From: Oligoflexales bacterium
GTDB taxonomy: Bacteria > Bdellovibrionota_B > Oligoflexia > Oligoflexales > RGVZ01
Assembly (NCBI GenBank): GCA_947479535.1
Contig: CANJZQ010000001.1
Coordinates: forward strand, 14,324-78,323
Direction of reading: 5' to 3'
DNA: 64,000 nucleotides
In this document: positions 28,764 through 37,260 of the stretch, piece by piece
Numbering within the stretch: the first letter of the stretch is position 1
Layout: every line of letters starts with the position of its first letter
Position numbers and translations under genes: made by a program
The notes under the pieces: model-generated
What the model saw: only the letters and a program-made list of their open reading frames with translations
Databases searched by the model: none
Told to the model about the DNA's origin: nothing

Positions 28764-29165
28764 TTATTTGATCTTCAGGGTTGCTGGTACGTGTGCTGGA
28801 TGCAAATGGCACGAGACTTTAATATCGCCGCTTTTCTTTGGTGTGATCATGAATTTCTTGGTTTCTCCGGCTCCAATCGTTTGGGGTTCCAAGTAGCCGG
28901 GGATGGTCAGGCCGTGCGGCTCTCCCAGGGAATTATGAGCCGTAATTTCCAATGGTTTCCCGGCTTCAACCTTGGTTTCGGCGGGCCACCATATTTTCTT
29001 TCCCCCTTCCAACTTTACGTCGAGCGCCAGGGTGGCCTTGTCACTGCTCTTGGTATGATTCGGGTCATCATTCTTGTCGCTGGCATGGCCGCCCTGCGAA
29101 ATGATTGCCATTGCAGCTACAAATAATGTTCCCACGATATTTTTGCGAATATTTCTGGACGTCAT
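28764..29165 (-). CDS. Secreted cupredoxin-fold protein
   Basis: Signal peptide. Candidate Cu ligands are His in EPHGLTIPG and the Cys/His cluster VSCHLHPAH near the C-terminus. AAGGAG RBS. It lies directly upstream of ggt on the same strand. Confidence 0.6.
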   Translation of the reverse strand: MTSRNIRKNIVGTLFVAAMAIISQGGHASDKNDDPNHTKSSDKATLALDVKLEGGKKIWWPAETKVEAGKPLEITAHNSLGEPHGLTIPGYLEPQTIGAGETKKFMITPKKSGDIKVSCHLHPAHVPATLKIK

Positions 29166-29262
29166 TTTCTAACTCCTTCAGTCGATGGGGTTGCCGATTT
29201 CATGACCAGCAGTGAATTGTGGTAAAATCATAATCGCTTGCTCGTAAACAAACTAGGCCAGG

Positions 29263-30135
29263 ATGGAATTCATGCAGCCGGTGGCGGACCAATTGCACAG
29301 AATAAAGAAGATTTTTTCGGGAAAACTGCCAGTAATCGGAATGATCCATCTGCCTGCGCTGCCTGGGTCGCCTGGCTGCGAAATGCAGGCTGGTTTTGCC
29401 AATGTCTGGAGCCGGATTGAGGGAGTCGTCATGGCTGATGCCAAGGCACTTTCCGACGGTGGTGTTGACGGCATCATGATCGAAAATTTTGGCGACGTAC
29501 CTTTTTTTCCTGGCGTAAATCCGGTCCATGTCGCCACCCTCATGACTGCGATGGCCACAAAAGTCCGCCAGAGCACCCGCAAGCCCATTGGAATCAACGT
29601 TCTAAGAAATGACGGCGTTTCTGCCTTGGCCATTGCGCTGGCATCGGATGCGCAATTCATCCGGGTTAACGTCCTGTCCGGCGCGCGTGTGACGGACCAG
29701 GGTGTCATTCAAGGGGGAGCTCACGAGCTGTTGCGGTACCGTCATCAAATCGGAGCTGGTCACATCGCGATCCTTGCCGACGTTCAGGTCAAGCATTCAA
29801 GCCCGTTAGGTGGCGGAACACTCCTTTCGCAGGATGTGGATGACTTGTGCCACCGCGCGCTGGCTGACGGTGTCATTGTAAGTGGCAGTGGTACCGGAAA
29901 GGCTGTCGATATCGACGCCTTGAAGTCGACCAGGGCCGCTGCAGGCAATCACCCCGTGTTTATCGGTAGTGGCACCTCAATTGAAAATCTTGGTGAAATA
30001 TCCAAACATGCCTACGGATTCATTGTTGGTACCACTTTCAAAGTGGGTGGAGTTTTGGATGCGCCGGTGGACGTTGGGCGGGTTGCAGCATTCATGGCAG
30101 AAGTTGGCGGCTTGCGCGCTAAATTAAACCACTAA
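29263..30135 (+). CDS. BtpA/SgcQ-family TIM-barrel protein
   Basis: VIGMIHLPALPGSPG and DGIMIENFGDVPF are characteristic of the BtpA family. Confidence 0.75.
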   Translation: MEFMQPVADQLHRIKKIFSGKLPVIGMIHLPALPGSPGCEMQAGFANVWSRIEGVVMADAKALSDGGVDGIMIENFGDVPFFPGVNPVHVATLMTAMATKVRQSTRKPIGINVLRNDGVSALAIALASDAQFIRVNVLSGARVTDQGVIQGGAHELLRYRHQIGAGHIAILADVQVKHSSPLGGGTLLSQDVDDLCHRALADGVIVSGSGTGKAVDIDALKSTRAAAGNHPVFIGSGTSIENLGEISKHAYGFIVGTTFKVGGVLDAPVDVGRVAAFMAEVGGLRAKLNH

Positions 30136-30158
30136 CCGCAATATCCTGGAGGCTCACG

Positions 30159-30410
30159 GTGGGAATTGAATCCAGAAAAAGCACGCTGGTTGTCGAGTTG
30201 GTGGTCGTGCTCTGTGTCGCGGTAACGGCTGCGTTAGCCGGCTGGCGCATTGTTGAAAGCAAGTATGCGCCAAGAATTGCAGCGGCGAACGGAGATTCGG
30301 GGGAGGACTGCCGGGAAGCAGAGCGTTACTGTTCAGTCCAGTGCAGCCGCCAGTTGGATGAATGCCTCGAAATATGCATGGCTGAGTTTGGGTGCGTCAT
30401 GCACTTGTGA
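30159..30410 (+). CDS. Small membrane-anchored Cys-rich hypothetical protein (83 aa)
   Basis: GGAGG RBS 8 nt before GTG 30159. One TM helix, then a C-terminal segment with 6 Cys (DCREAERYCSVQCSRQLDECLEICMAEFGC). Confidence 0.4.
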   Translation: MGIESRKSTLVVELVVVLCVAVTAALAGWRIVESKYAPRIAAANGDSGEDCREAERYCSVQCSRQLDECLEICMAEFGCVMHL

Positions 30411-30547
30411 TCGGCGCTAAAGTTGACCTTTGGCTGTTCCTAAGGCGCCGTAATCTTAAACAATATCCATTTATTTCAGTGGTTTATCAAATTCAGTTCA
30501 AGCCCGTCCGATTTTTCCCGATCTATCTGGAAAAGGAGGAGGGATCC

Positions 30548-30730
30548 ATGGGCGACAAAAATCCAAAGCAAAAAGAAAAGTTGAAAAAGCAGCATAAAGA
30601 GGAGGTCAATCGTAAGCATGCCGAAAGGCAATCTCACACCCACCATTTTAATCCTGATGGTGGAGGACCAAATCAGCATGATGACCAAGGTCATAAAAAT
30701 GCCCCGCCACAACACAAGAAAGCGGGTTGA
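30548..30730 (+). CDS. Small, highly basic, His/Lys/Gln-rich hydrophilic protein (60 aa)
   Basis: Very strong RBS (AAGGAGGAGGG) before ATG 30548, and an intrinsic terminator immediately downstream. The longer ORF from 30392 has no RBS. Confidence 0.5.
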   Translation: MGDKNPKQKEKLKKQHKEEVNRKHAERQSHTHHFNPDGGGPNQHDDQGHKNAPPQHKKAG

Positions 30731-30763
30731 AACTCTCTTTTTGGAGTCGTGCCTGTGAATAAT

Positions 30764-30800
30764 ATCCCGCCGGCCATAGCCGGTGGGATTTTTCTTTTTG
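30764..30800 (+). terminator. Rho-independent terminator
   Basis: Stem CCCGCCGGC / GCCGGTGGG, loop CATA, then a T-rich tail (ATTTTTCTTTTT). Confidence 0.75.
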
Positions 30801-30824
30801 GTTCCCGTAAGTTAACCTAATCAA

Positions 30825-31943
30825 ATGAAATGTGTCACCGTCAGCAATTTTTTTCCCGCCCATCAAGGTGGCCTCGAAATCGTGGTCGGCGAATTGATGA
30901 CGCGGATGGCACATGACGGAATGAGCATAGACTGGTTTGCCGGAGCACCATCACCACCACCCGATCTTACTCCTCCCAGACTCAGGTTCCATGAAGTCTC
31001 TGCGTGCAACTGGCTAGAAGATAAATTCGGTATTCCCATGCCGGTTTGGTATCCAGGTGGGATCTGGGAGCTTGCCAAGGCAATTCGTAAAGCCGATTTG
31101 GTTTTTATCAATGACTGCTTGTATGCCTCAAGTTGGATTGCGTGGACTTTTGCCCGTTTAAGTTGCAAAAAAATTTTGCTCCTGCAGCACATTGATGAGA
31201 TCCCTTACCGTTCAAAAATCATGACCACATTGATGCTGTTTGGTTACAGGTTGTCCGCTCGAGTGATCCTTCGAGGTTCAAGTCAGGTTGTGTTTTGCAG
31301 TCGTAAAGTCGAACGTTATTTTCACGAAAAATTTCCCTTCCTGAAGAACACCATTCACATCAGTAACGGAGTGGATGTGGATGTATTTAAACCCGACGAA
31401 AGAAATACCCTCTCCGCCCGCCCCAGGATCCTGTTTGCCGGCCGTTTCGTTGAGAGGAAGGGCCTCGATATTATTCACAAGCTAGCCGTCAATCTTCCCG
31501 GATGTGATTGGATATTTGCGGGATGGGGTGTGATCGATCCCTCCAGTTGGGGCCTCAAAAATGTAAAGGTCGTTGGACGTTTTGAGCGTAAGGCGATGGC
31601 TCAACTTTATCGCGATTCGGACTTGCTCATCCTGCCTTCGGTTGGCGAGGGCTTTCCGTTGGTTGTTCAAGAGGCAATCAGCTGTGGTTTGCCCGTTCTC
31701 GTATCGCGGGAAACAGCCAGCGGTGACCCTCGTGCTCAAAACTTTTTAATGGTTGCCGAACTCACAGTGTCGGGATTCGAGCAGGCGGTTCGGGCCTTCT
31801 TGCAAAGGCGCCATCAGGAACTTGAGCCAGCATTGCGCCGGCGGCGTCATGATTTTGCGATCGCACATTGGAGTTGGGACAAATCTGTTCAAGCCTACAT
31901 GCAGGCCTTCAAAAATATTTTAGAGTCAGGAGCGCCACGATGA
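30825..31943 (+). CDS. Glycosyltransferase, GT4 family
   Basis: LPSVGEGFPLVVQEAISCGLPVLVS (EX7E region) and a GT-B-like N-terminus. Confidence 0.8.
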   Translation: MKCVTVSNFFPAHQGGLEIVVGELMTRMAHDGMSIDWFAGAPSPPPDLTPPRLRFHEVSACNWLEDKFGIPMPVWYPGGIWELAKAIRKADLVFINDCLYASSWIAWTFARLSCKKILLLQHIDEIPYRSKIMTTLMLFGYRLSARVILRGSSQVVFCSRKVERYFHEKFPFLKNTIHISNGVDVDVFKPDERNTLSARPRILFAGRFVERKGLDIIHKLAVNLPGCDWIFAGWGVIDPSSWGLKNVKVVGRFERKAMAQLYRDSDLLILPSVGEGFPLVVQEAISCGLPVLVSRETASGDPRAQNFLMVAELTVSGFEQAVRAFLQRRHQELEPALRRRRHDFAIAHWSWDKSVQAYMQAFKNILESGAPR

Positions 31944-32821
31944 AATCTAACCAGAGCCTTGAAATCATCTGGGCGATTCCCTGCTTCAACGAAGAGATTG
32001 CAATTGGAGATGTGATTGCCAGGATCAAGGCTTCTTGCCCGAGTGCGCGGATCATTGTGTTCGACAACGGGTCCACGGATGGCACCATTGTTGTCGCCCG
32101 TGCAGCAGGGGCCGAAATTCGGAAGGAGGTCAGTCGTGGCAAGGGAAACGTGGTTCGCAGGATCTTCAGAGATTGCAATTCTGACGTTGTGATCATGATT
32201 GATGGTGATAACACAAATGACGTCGAGGCTTGGGCATCTCTCGTTGAACCAATTTCGACAGGTGCCGCTGACATGGTGATCGGATGCCGCCTGGATCAGT
32301 CCGAAGATGGAGCCTTTCGGCCCATGCACCATGCTGGAAATTTAATACTTGGTTTGTTGATGCGGGGTTTTTTCAAGCTACCGGTGCGTGATGTTTTGTC
32401 AGGATACCGGGCTTTCTCGCGCCGCATGTACAAGACAATGCCAGTTGAAGCCAGTGGATTCGAGATTGAGACGGAAATGACGTTAAAAGCTGTTGAAATG
32501 AAATGGTCTGTATCCGAGGTTCCAACACGTTACGCATGCCGGCCTGCTGGCAGCCATTCAAAATTGAGAACGTTTCATGACGGTCTCATTATTGGATTTG
32601 CAATTTTCCGTGTGCTCAAGGATTCAAAGCCATTCACATTCTTTGGCGCGATTGCATTGATCAATTTCGTGTTTGCATCGGCGGCGTGGAATACGGATGC
32701 CACCGTTGCGGCTGCGTTTTTCGCCTTCGCGGGAATCATGTCGGGGGCTACTGGTGTCGTTTTGAATGCAGTTTCCCAGCGTGCAAAAGAGCTTATGCAA
32801 ATATTGGCGATGCGGGAATGA
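31940..32821 (+). CDS. GT2 glycosyltransferase with C-terminal TM helices (GtrB / Dpm1-like polyprenyl-phosphate sugar synthase)
   Basis: ATG 31940 overlaps the upstream stop (ATGA). Contains IIWAIPCFNEE, VFDNGSTDGT and IMIDGDNT (DxD). Two hydrophobic helices lie at the C-terminus. Confidence 0.85.
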   Translation: MKSNQSLEIIWAIPCFNEEIAIGDVIARIKASCPSARIIVFDNGSTDGTIVVARAAGAEIRKEVSRGKGNVVRRIFRDCNSDVVIMIDGDNTNDVEAWASLVEPISTGAADMVIGCRLDQSEDGAFRPMHHAGNLILGLLMRGFFKLPVRDVLSGYRAFSRRMYKTMPVEASGFEIETEMTLKAVEMKWSVSEVPTRYACRPAGSHSKLRTFHDGLIIGFAIFRVLKDSKPFTFFGAIALINFVFASAAWNTDATVAAAFFAFAGIMSGATGVVLNAVSQRAKELMQILAMRE

Positions 32822-35148
32822 GTCGACCTTCTGAGAGACACGTCAGTGATTTTTTCACGAGCTGTTTAATTCCTGGGCTCGTTGCTTTACTTGCCTCAAG
32901 TTTTCTTGTGTTTTGGGGTTACGGGGGAACTTGCCAGTATGCCTTTGTTTTTGATGATTTTCCCGGGATCATCAACAACGATGCCGTTAAGAATTTTTAT
33001 GCCAGCGGCGGTCGCGGATTTGGTTCCCTCTTATCCTTTGCCGGGGAGCGCATACTGACTTTTCTTACTTTTTCCTGGTCTTGGGCGGCGGCGGGCCCAG
33101 ACCCTTGCGCATTTCGAATAGTCAATCTTGTCCTTCATGCCTTGAGTGGGACCCTTGTTGGTTTGATTTGCCTTGCGTTGTTTCAGCTCAGCGGTGGCAC
33201 ACCAAGCCAGGTTCAACGTTATCTTCTGGTGCTGTGCGCGACCTGCATTTTTTCATCCCACCCACTGCAGACTCAGGCCGTTACCTACATCTATCAACGT
33301 CTGGCTGGATTGTGCGCGTTTTTCTGTTTGCTGTCATTTTTCTTGTGTTTGCGCTGGTTGCTGACCGGGTTCGATTGGCTGCGGTTGCTTTCGGTTTTGG
33401 CTCTATTTTTTGCAGCCATATCCAAACCAAATGCTGCAATGCTCCCGTTGATGATCCTCTCGGCCGCCGGGTTTTTTCAGCGGCAAAGCCTTCGCAAGGG
33501 ATTCTTGTTTTTTTTACCGCTGATTGTGATTCCCGTGCTCATGCAGATTTCTAGTGGAACCCTGCCGGCAAGAATCGCAAATCATGGATCCTTTGCTTTG
33601 AGCTGGTGGCAGTATTTTTTGACTCAGGGGCGCGTGATCTGGAAGTACGTATGGTTGGTGGTCTGGCCTCCTGCGCAATCTGTGGATCATGTGGTTTACC
33701 TTGTAAAGGATTTCTGGTCTTTTGATTCAATCCTTGGCTTGGTCGGGTGGGGTTTTATCGCAGGTATTTCCTGGATGGCATTTCGTGTCTTGTCCGATAA
33801 AACCACGACTCCGGTCCGACGGGTTTTTGCTTTTGGGCTGATATGGTTTTTCGCGATGATGATGGTGGAATCTTCGGTGATTCCGATTCGTGATTTGATG
33901 ATGGAACACCGTGTTTACTTGCCCTTTGCGGGTTTGAGTTGGGCTTTGTCGGCAGGCTTGATTTCGGTATTGGAAACGTCATGGGTTCAGGGTCATAGAC
34001 GCATTTTTTTTGCAGTTCTTATGGTTTGCATGGTGGCGCTGGCATCAATGACGGAACTTCGCAACAGGGTTTGGCGAAGCTCGGAATCGCTCTGGCGGTC
34101 CGTTCTGGTGACCGATCCTGAAAGCGCGCGTGCACAATTAAACTTGGGAAACGCCTTGCTTCGTGACGGCCGTTTTGAAGAGGCCTTGGGGTTCTACGAA
34201 GCTCTGGCAAAGGGTGCAGCCCTTCGGGCTGACTGCCTTTATCATCGGGCCCTTGTTCTGATCTTGTTGCGGCGTTTTGATGAAGCCGAGCAGGTGACCA
34301 GACTGCTCCTTGATGAGTTTCCTCGTGAGGTTTTACGGACAAACTATTTACGTGCACAAGGTGATCTTGTTCGGGGCAATTATAAAGATGCTGTACAAAA
34401 ATTCGTTGCGCTTCAAAGTGAACTTGGTGACGGTGGTTCCTTTCAGCGGCACATCAGGATCGGCATCGCGAGGGCTGGGGCCAGGCTGGCTTCGTCAAAT
34501 GACGTTACAACTTCGGAGCGTTCGAGGTGGCTGGATCAGACGATTTCTTCGCTCCGAATGATACTGGACGAAGATTCCCTGGATGTTGAAGCCAGATCTC
34601 GCTTGGTCCGAACGCTTGCCACGTCAGGGGCAACATCCGAGGCATTAAAGGTGTTGGGTGCGACACCGCTAGTGATGGGTCCAAACGATGCGGCGTGGCT
34701 TGCCTTGGTTAAGGCTGAAATTCTGGAAGATCTCGCCAAGCCCGACGCTGCCCTGCAGGAATACCGGATCGCAATCACACGTTATCCAGGGCACGAAGGC
34801 CTGCTGATTTGGGTCGGTTCCTTTTTGGCGACGCTCGGCGACAACGATTCGATTCATCAAATCATCGGGGGAACCCGGGAGATTGATGTCCTTGCCGACT
34901 ATGCGTTGGCTCAGGCGGCCTTGCTTCAAGGCTCCCTTCAGCTGGACGAGGCTGTCACGTTCCTTCGCAGGGCATTGCTTCTGTGTGAGGCTGGGGCTCA
35001 CAAGTGTTCGCGCCGGAGTAATATTCTGAAGGCTCTGGGCGCGGTACTGATCCTTGCGGATCCAGATGCACAGATTGAGGCCGAAGGGTTGATCAGTCGT
35101 GGGAAGGCTCTTGTTCCTGAAGAGCGTGGCATTGCACCAACACTCTGA
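32818..35148 (+). CDS. TMTC-like GT-C glycosyltransferase: polytopic membrane N-domain plus C-terminal TPR repeats
   Basis: ATG 32818 overlaps the upstream stop (ATGA). FVFDDFPGIINNDAV, RIVNLVLHALSG and SSHPLQTQAVTYIYQRLAGL parallel TMTC/PMT-type GT-C motifs. About 10 or more TM helices are followed by ~330 aa of TPR-like repeats. Confidence 0.75.
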   Translation: MSRPSERHVSDFFTSCLIPGLVALLASSFLVFWGYGGTCQYAFVFDDFPGIINNDAVKNFYASGGRGFGSLLSFAGERILTFLTFSWSWAAAGPDPCAFRIVNLVLHALSGTLVGLICLALFQLSGGTPSQVQRYLLVLCATCIFSSHPLQTQAVTYIYQRLAGLCAFFCLLSFFLCLRWLLTGFDWLRLLSVLALFFAAISKPNAAMLPLMILSAAGFFQRQSLRKGFLFFLPLIVIPVLMQISSGTLPARIANHGSFALSWWQYFLTQGRVIWKYVWLVVWPPAQSVDHVVYLVKDFWSFDSILGLVGWGFIAGISWMAFRVLSDKTTTPVRRVFAFGLIWFFAMMMVESSVIPIRDLMMEHRVYLPFAGLSWALSAGLISVLETSWVQGHRRIFFAVLMVCMVALASMTELRNRVWRSSESLWRSVLVTDPESARAQLNLGNALLRDGRFEEALGFYEALAKGAALRADCLYHRALVLILLRRFDEAEQVTRLLLDEFPREVLRTNYLRAQGDLVRGNYKDAVQKFVALQSELGDGGSFQRHIRIGIARAGARLASSNDVTTSERSRWLDQTISSLRMILDEDSLDVEARSRLVRTLATSGATSEALKVLGATPLVMGPNDAAWLALVKAEILEDLAKPDAALQEYRIAITRYPGHEGLLIWVGSFLATLGDNDSIHQIIGGTREIDVLADYALAQAALLQGSLQLDEAVTFLRRALLLCEAGAHKCSRRSNILKALGAVLILADPDAQIEAEGLISRGKALVPEERGIAPTL

Positions 35149-35602
35149 ATGGACCAGGAATCCCTGACTCCAGGCTTTTGGCCGCACGGCCTTTTAGGGT
35201 CAAAATAGCTGTCGAGATTTGGTTTTCCGGGATCCAAGGAAGCTGAAGGCTTCCCCCGTCAAATTCCATGCGGAATAATTCCGTCATCGGATCAGAATCC
35301 CGTACCTCTTGCTGGACGATGTATGGCTCCGCATTGACGATCACCGTTTGGCGTTGGTGTGTTCCGGCAAGCTCCACCAAGACAATTTTTGGTTCGACGA
35401 AAACGTGCATCCAGATCGACATTCCTGGCATGGTGGCCACCCATCCCTCGCAGAAGAGATCGGATTGCCAATGCAGGCCGTTTTCAGGTGAAGCATGGGC
35501 GGTCGGAATCGTTATGAAAAGCACGGCAATAAAGGCGTGTCGTCTCTTTGCGAAGGTGCAAGCCATCGTAAAAATTGATAAATTTTTAAAAAAACGAGTC
35601 AT
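35093..35602 (-). CDS. Hypothetical secreted protein
   Basis: Start taken at MTRFFKNLSIFTMACTF...AHA (signal-like). It converges on the TMTC-like gene and overlaps its 3' end by 56 nt. No family recognised. Confidence 0.4.
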   Translation of the reverse strand: MTRFFKNLSIFTMACTFAKRRHAFIAVLFITIPTAHASPENGLHWQSDLFCEGWVATMPGMSIWMHVFVEPKIVLVELAGTHQRQTVIVNAEPYIVQQEVRDSDPMTELFRMEFDGGSLQLPWIPENQISTAILTLKGRAAKSLESGIPGPFRVLVQCHALQEQEPSHD

Positions 35603-35688
35603 GTTAAACGATCTCTCTTTCGGTTCCCTGTCAGGCGCGGCTGGAAAAACAGATCCGTGCCTCAACCCGGTGTGATAATGGTTCAGGG

Positions 35689-37260
35689 ATGGAGCTGCAA
35701 CTTAAATCAATAATGTTCGTTGATTGTCAGGGCCTGAAGTCCTGTGGGACCAAGGGACATGATGTTCTATTTGAAATCTGTTGGACCATCCAGAAATCCA
35801 GTTCTGGCATCGGTGGTTCTGCCGGGATCGTGGAGGGGGCAGAGCTTCTCTGGACTGAGACGGTTGTCCGCCCATCGAGCATATTGAGTCCAAGGAACCT
35901 TCACAAAGTCGAAAAATTATGTGGAATTCGCCCCAAGGAATTGGCGGAGGCTCCAGACCATTCGGACGTTGCCGAGGCATTTGTTCGCGACATTGAGCGA
36001 TATTGTCCCTCCCAAATCTGGATTCACTACGCGGGGTTCGAACGCCCGTTTCTCTTGCAACTTTGGGAAACTATCAGGCCAGGAGAACCTTTTCCGGTGC
36101 CGATGGTCTGCACGAGAGATCTTGCTCGTGAGCGTCTGCCGGAGCTGGAGTCATACTCCCTCAAAGCGGTTGCAGGATATTTTGGTGATCCCTGCGATCG
36201 TTTGAAACGTGCAGGTGCCCATACCCGCGCCACGTTGGTTGTTTGGCGGGGGCTCCATGACATTGATGGTTCTGATGACAATGGCAAACCCGGCAAGGAA
36301 CTGCGTGCCCAGCGTCTTGCCTTGCCGGACAAGTCGGGGACCTACCGGTTCTATGATGCCCGTGGAAGAATTTTGTACATTGGCAAGGCGACTTCGTTGA
36401 AGCATCGAGTGAACAGTTATTTTCGTGGTGGTGTTAGAGGTGATTTACGCAAACGCGAGATGATGGCTCAAGTCAAGCAGATCAAGATTCAGGAAGCCGA
36501 CTCGCCACTGCATGCGGCGCTGGATGAGTTTCGTGGCATTGTCGAGTTGGCGCCGCCATATAATATCGCGATGAAAAAGGATGATGGTTTGGCGTACTGG
36601 TTGGCCCGTGATTCGCTTTTGCCCGAAGTTTCAGGAAACCATCCGGTGTTCGGTCCGGTCGGTTCATTGGCTGTGTTTTCAGATATCCGCTCTATCGCTG
36701 CTTTAGCCAGCGGGGCCGAGCCGGAAAAATCCTTGGAGGCAATGTTTCCCGGCCTCACTGAAGGTGAGGGATCCGGTGATACGGAACTCAAGGCTGGAAT
36801 CAAGTTGGCGATCGGTTTTTTCAGAATTTTAGAGGAGTCCGCCCATTCTCCGGGCGCTTGGTTGGCAAAGGCTGTAGGGGCCAGTAGACGCAGTGAGGAC
36901 AGGGACGAGCTGATTGAGGATCCGAGGGGTGAACAGCGTGATGAGCTCCCTTGGGACGCAGAATGTGTATTCCGCAGCATCCGCCGGAAGCTCAAGCGTG
37001 GTGCAGCTATATACTGGCACACTGCCTCGGTGCGCTTGCTTTGCGGTGCCGAAGTCATGGCGACGGGTCAAGCCTCCGTAGACGCCCCGCCTAAAATTAC
37101 ATCCCTACATGAATTGCAAGAAATGAATCTGATCCTTTCTGGAATTCGCGCTGCCTTCCGCATGGATGAATCCATAAGCGTCAAGCTGCGAAGCGGACGA
37201 TCCATAAAATCTGGCCAGACCGGATTTTCAAGTCGCGTTTTACTTGGACTTATTGGTTAG
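35689..37260 (+). CDS. Fusion protein: DnaQ-like 3'-5' exonuclease fold (degenerate motifs), GIY-YIG nuclease domain and an unknown C-terminal region
   Basis: GIY-YIG motifs: YRFYDARGRILYIGKATSLKHRVNSYF ... ALDEF ... YNIAMKK. The N-terminal region resembles the epsilon/RNase T fold (FVDCQG, HYAGFERPFLLQ, AHTRATLVVW). Confidence 0.7.
   Translation: MELQLKSIMFVDCQGLKSCGTKGHDVLFEICWTIQKSSSGIGGSAGIVEGAELLWTETVVRPSSILSPRNLHKVEKLCGIRPKELAEAPDHSDVAEAFVRDIERYCPSQIWIHYAGFERPFLLQLWETIRPGEPFPVPMVCTRDLARERLPELESYSLKAVAGYFGDPCDRLKRAGAHTRATLVVWRGLHDIDGSDDNGKPGKELRAQRLALPDKSGTYRFYDARGRILYIGKATSLKHRVNSYFRGGVRGDLRKREMMAQVKQIKIQEADSPLHAALDEFRGIVELAPPYNIAMKKDDGLAYWLARDSLLPEVSGNHPVFGPVGSLAVFSDIRSIAALASGAEPEKSLEAMFPGLTEGEGSGDTELKAGIKLAIGFFRILEESAHSPGAWLAKAVGASRRSEDRDELIEDPRGEQRDELPWDAECVFRSIRRKLKRGAAIYWHTASVRLLCGAEVMATGQASVDAPPKITSLHELQEMNLILSGIRAAFRMDESISVKLRSGRSIKSGQTGFSSRVLLGLIG

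Noticed and set aside
31868-32817. Longer upstream starts of the GT2 ORF (31868) and of the TMTC-like ORF (32686) given in the ORF track
   Set aside because: The extensions lie inside the preceding genes and encode Cys/Arg-rich nonsense. The ATGA-coupled starts at 31940 and 32818 begin exactly where family similarity begins.
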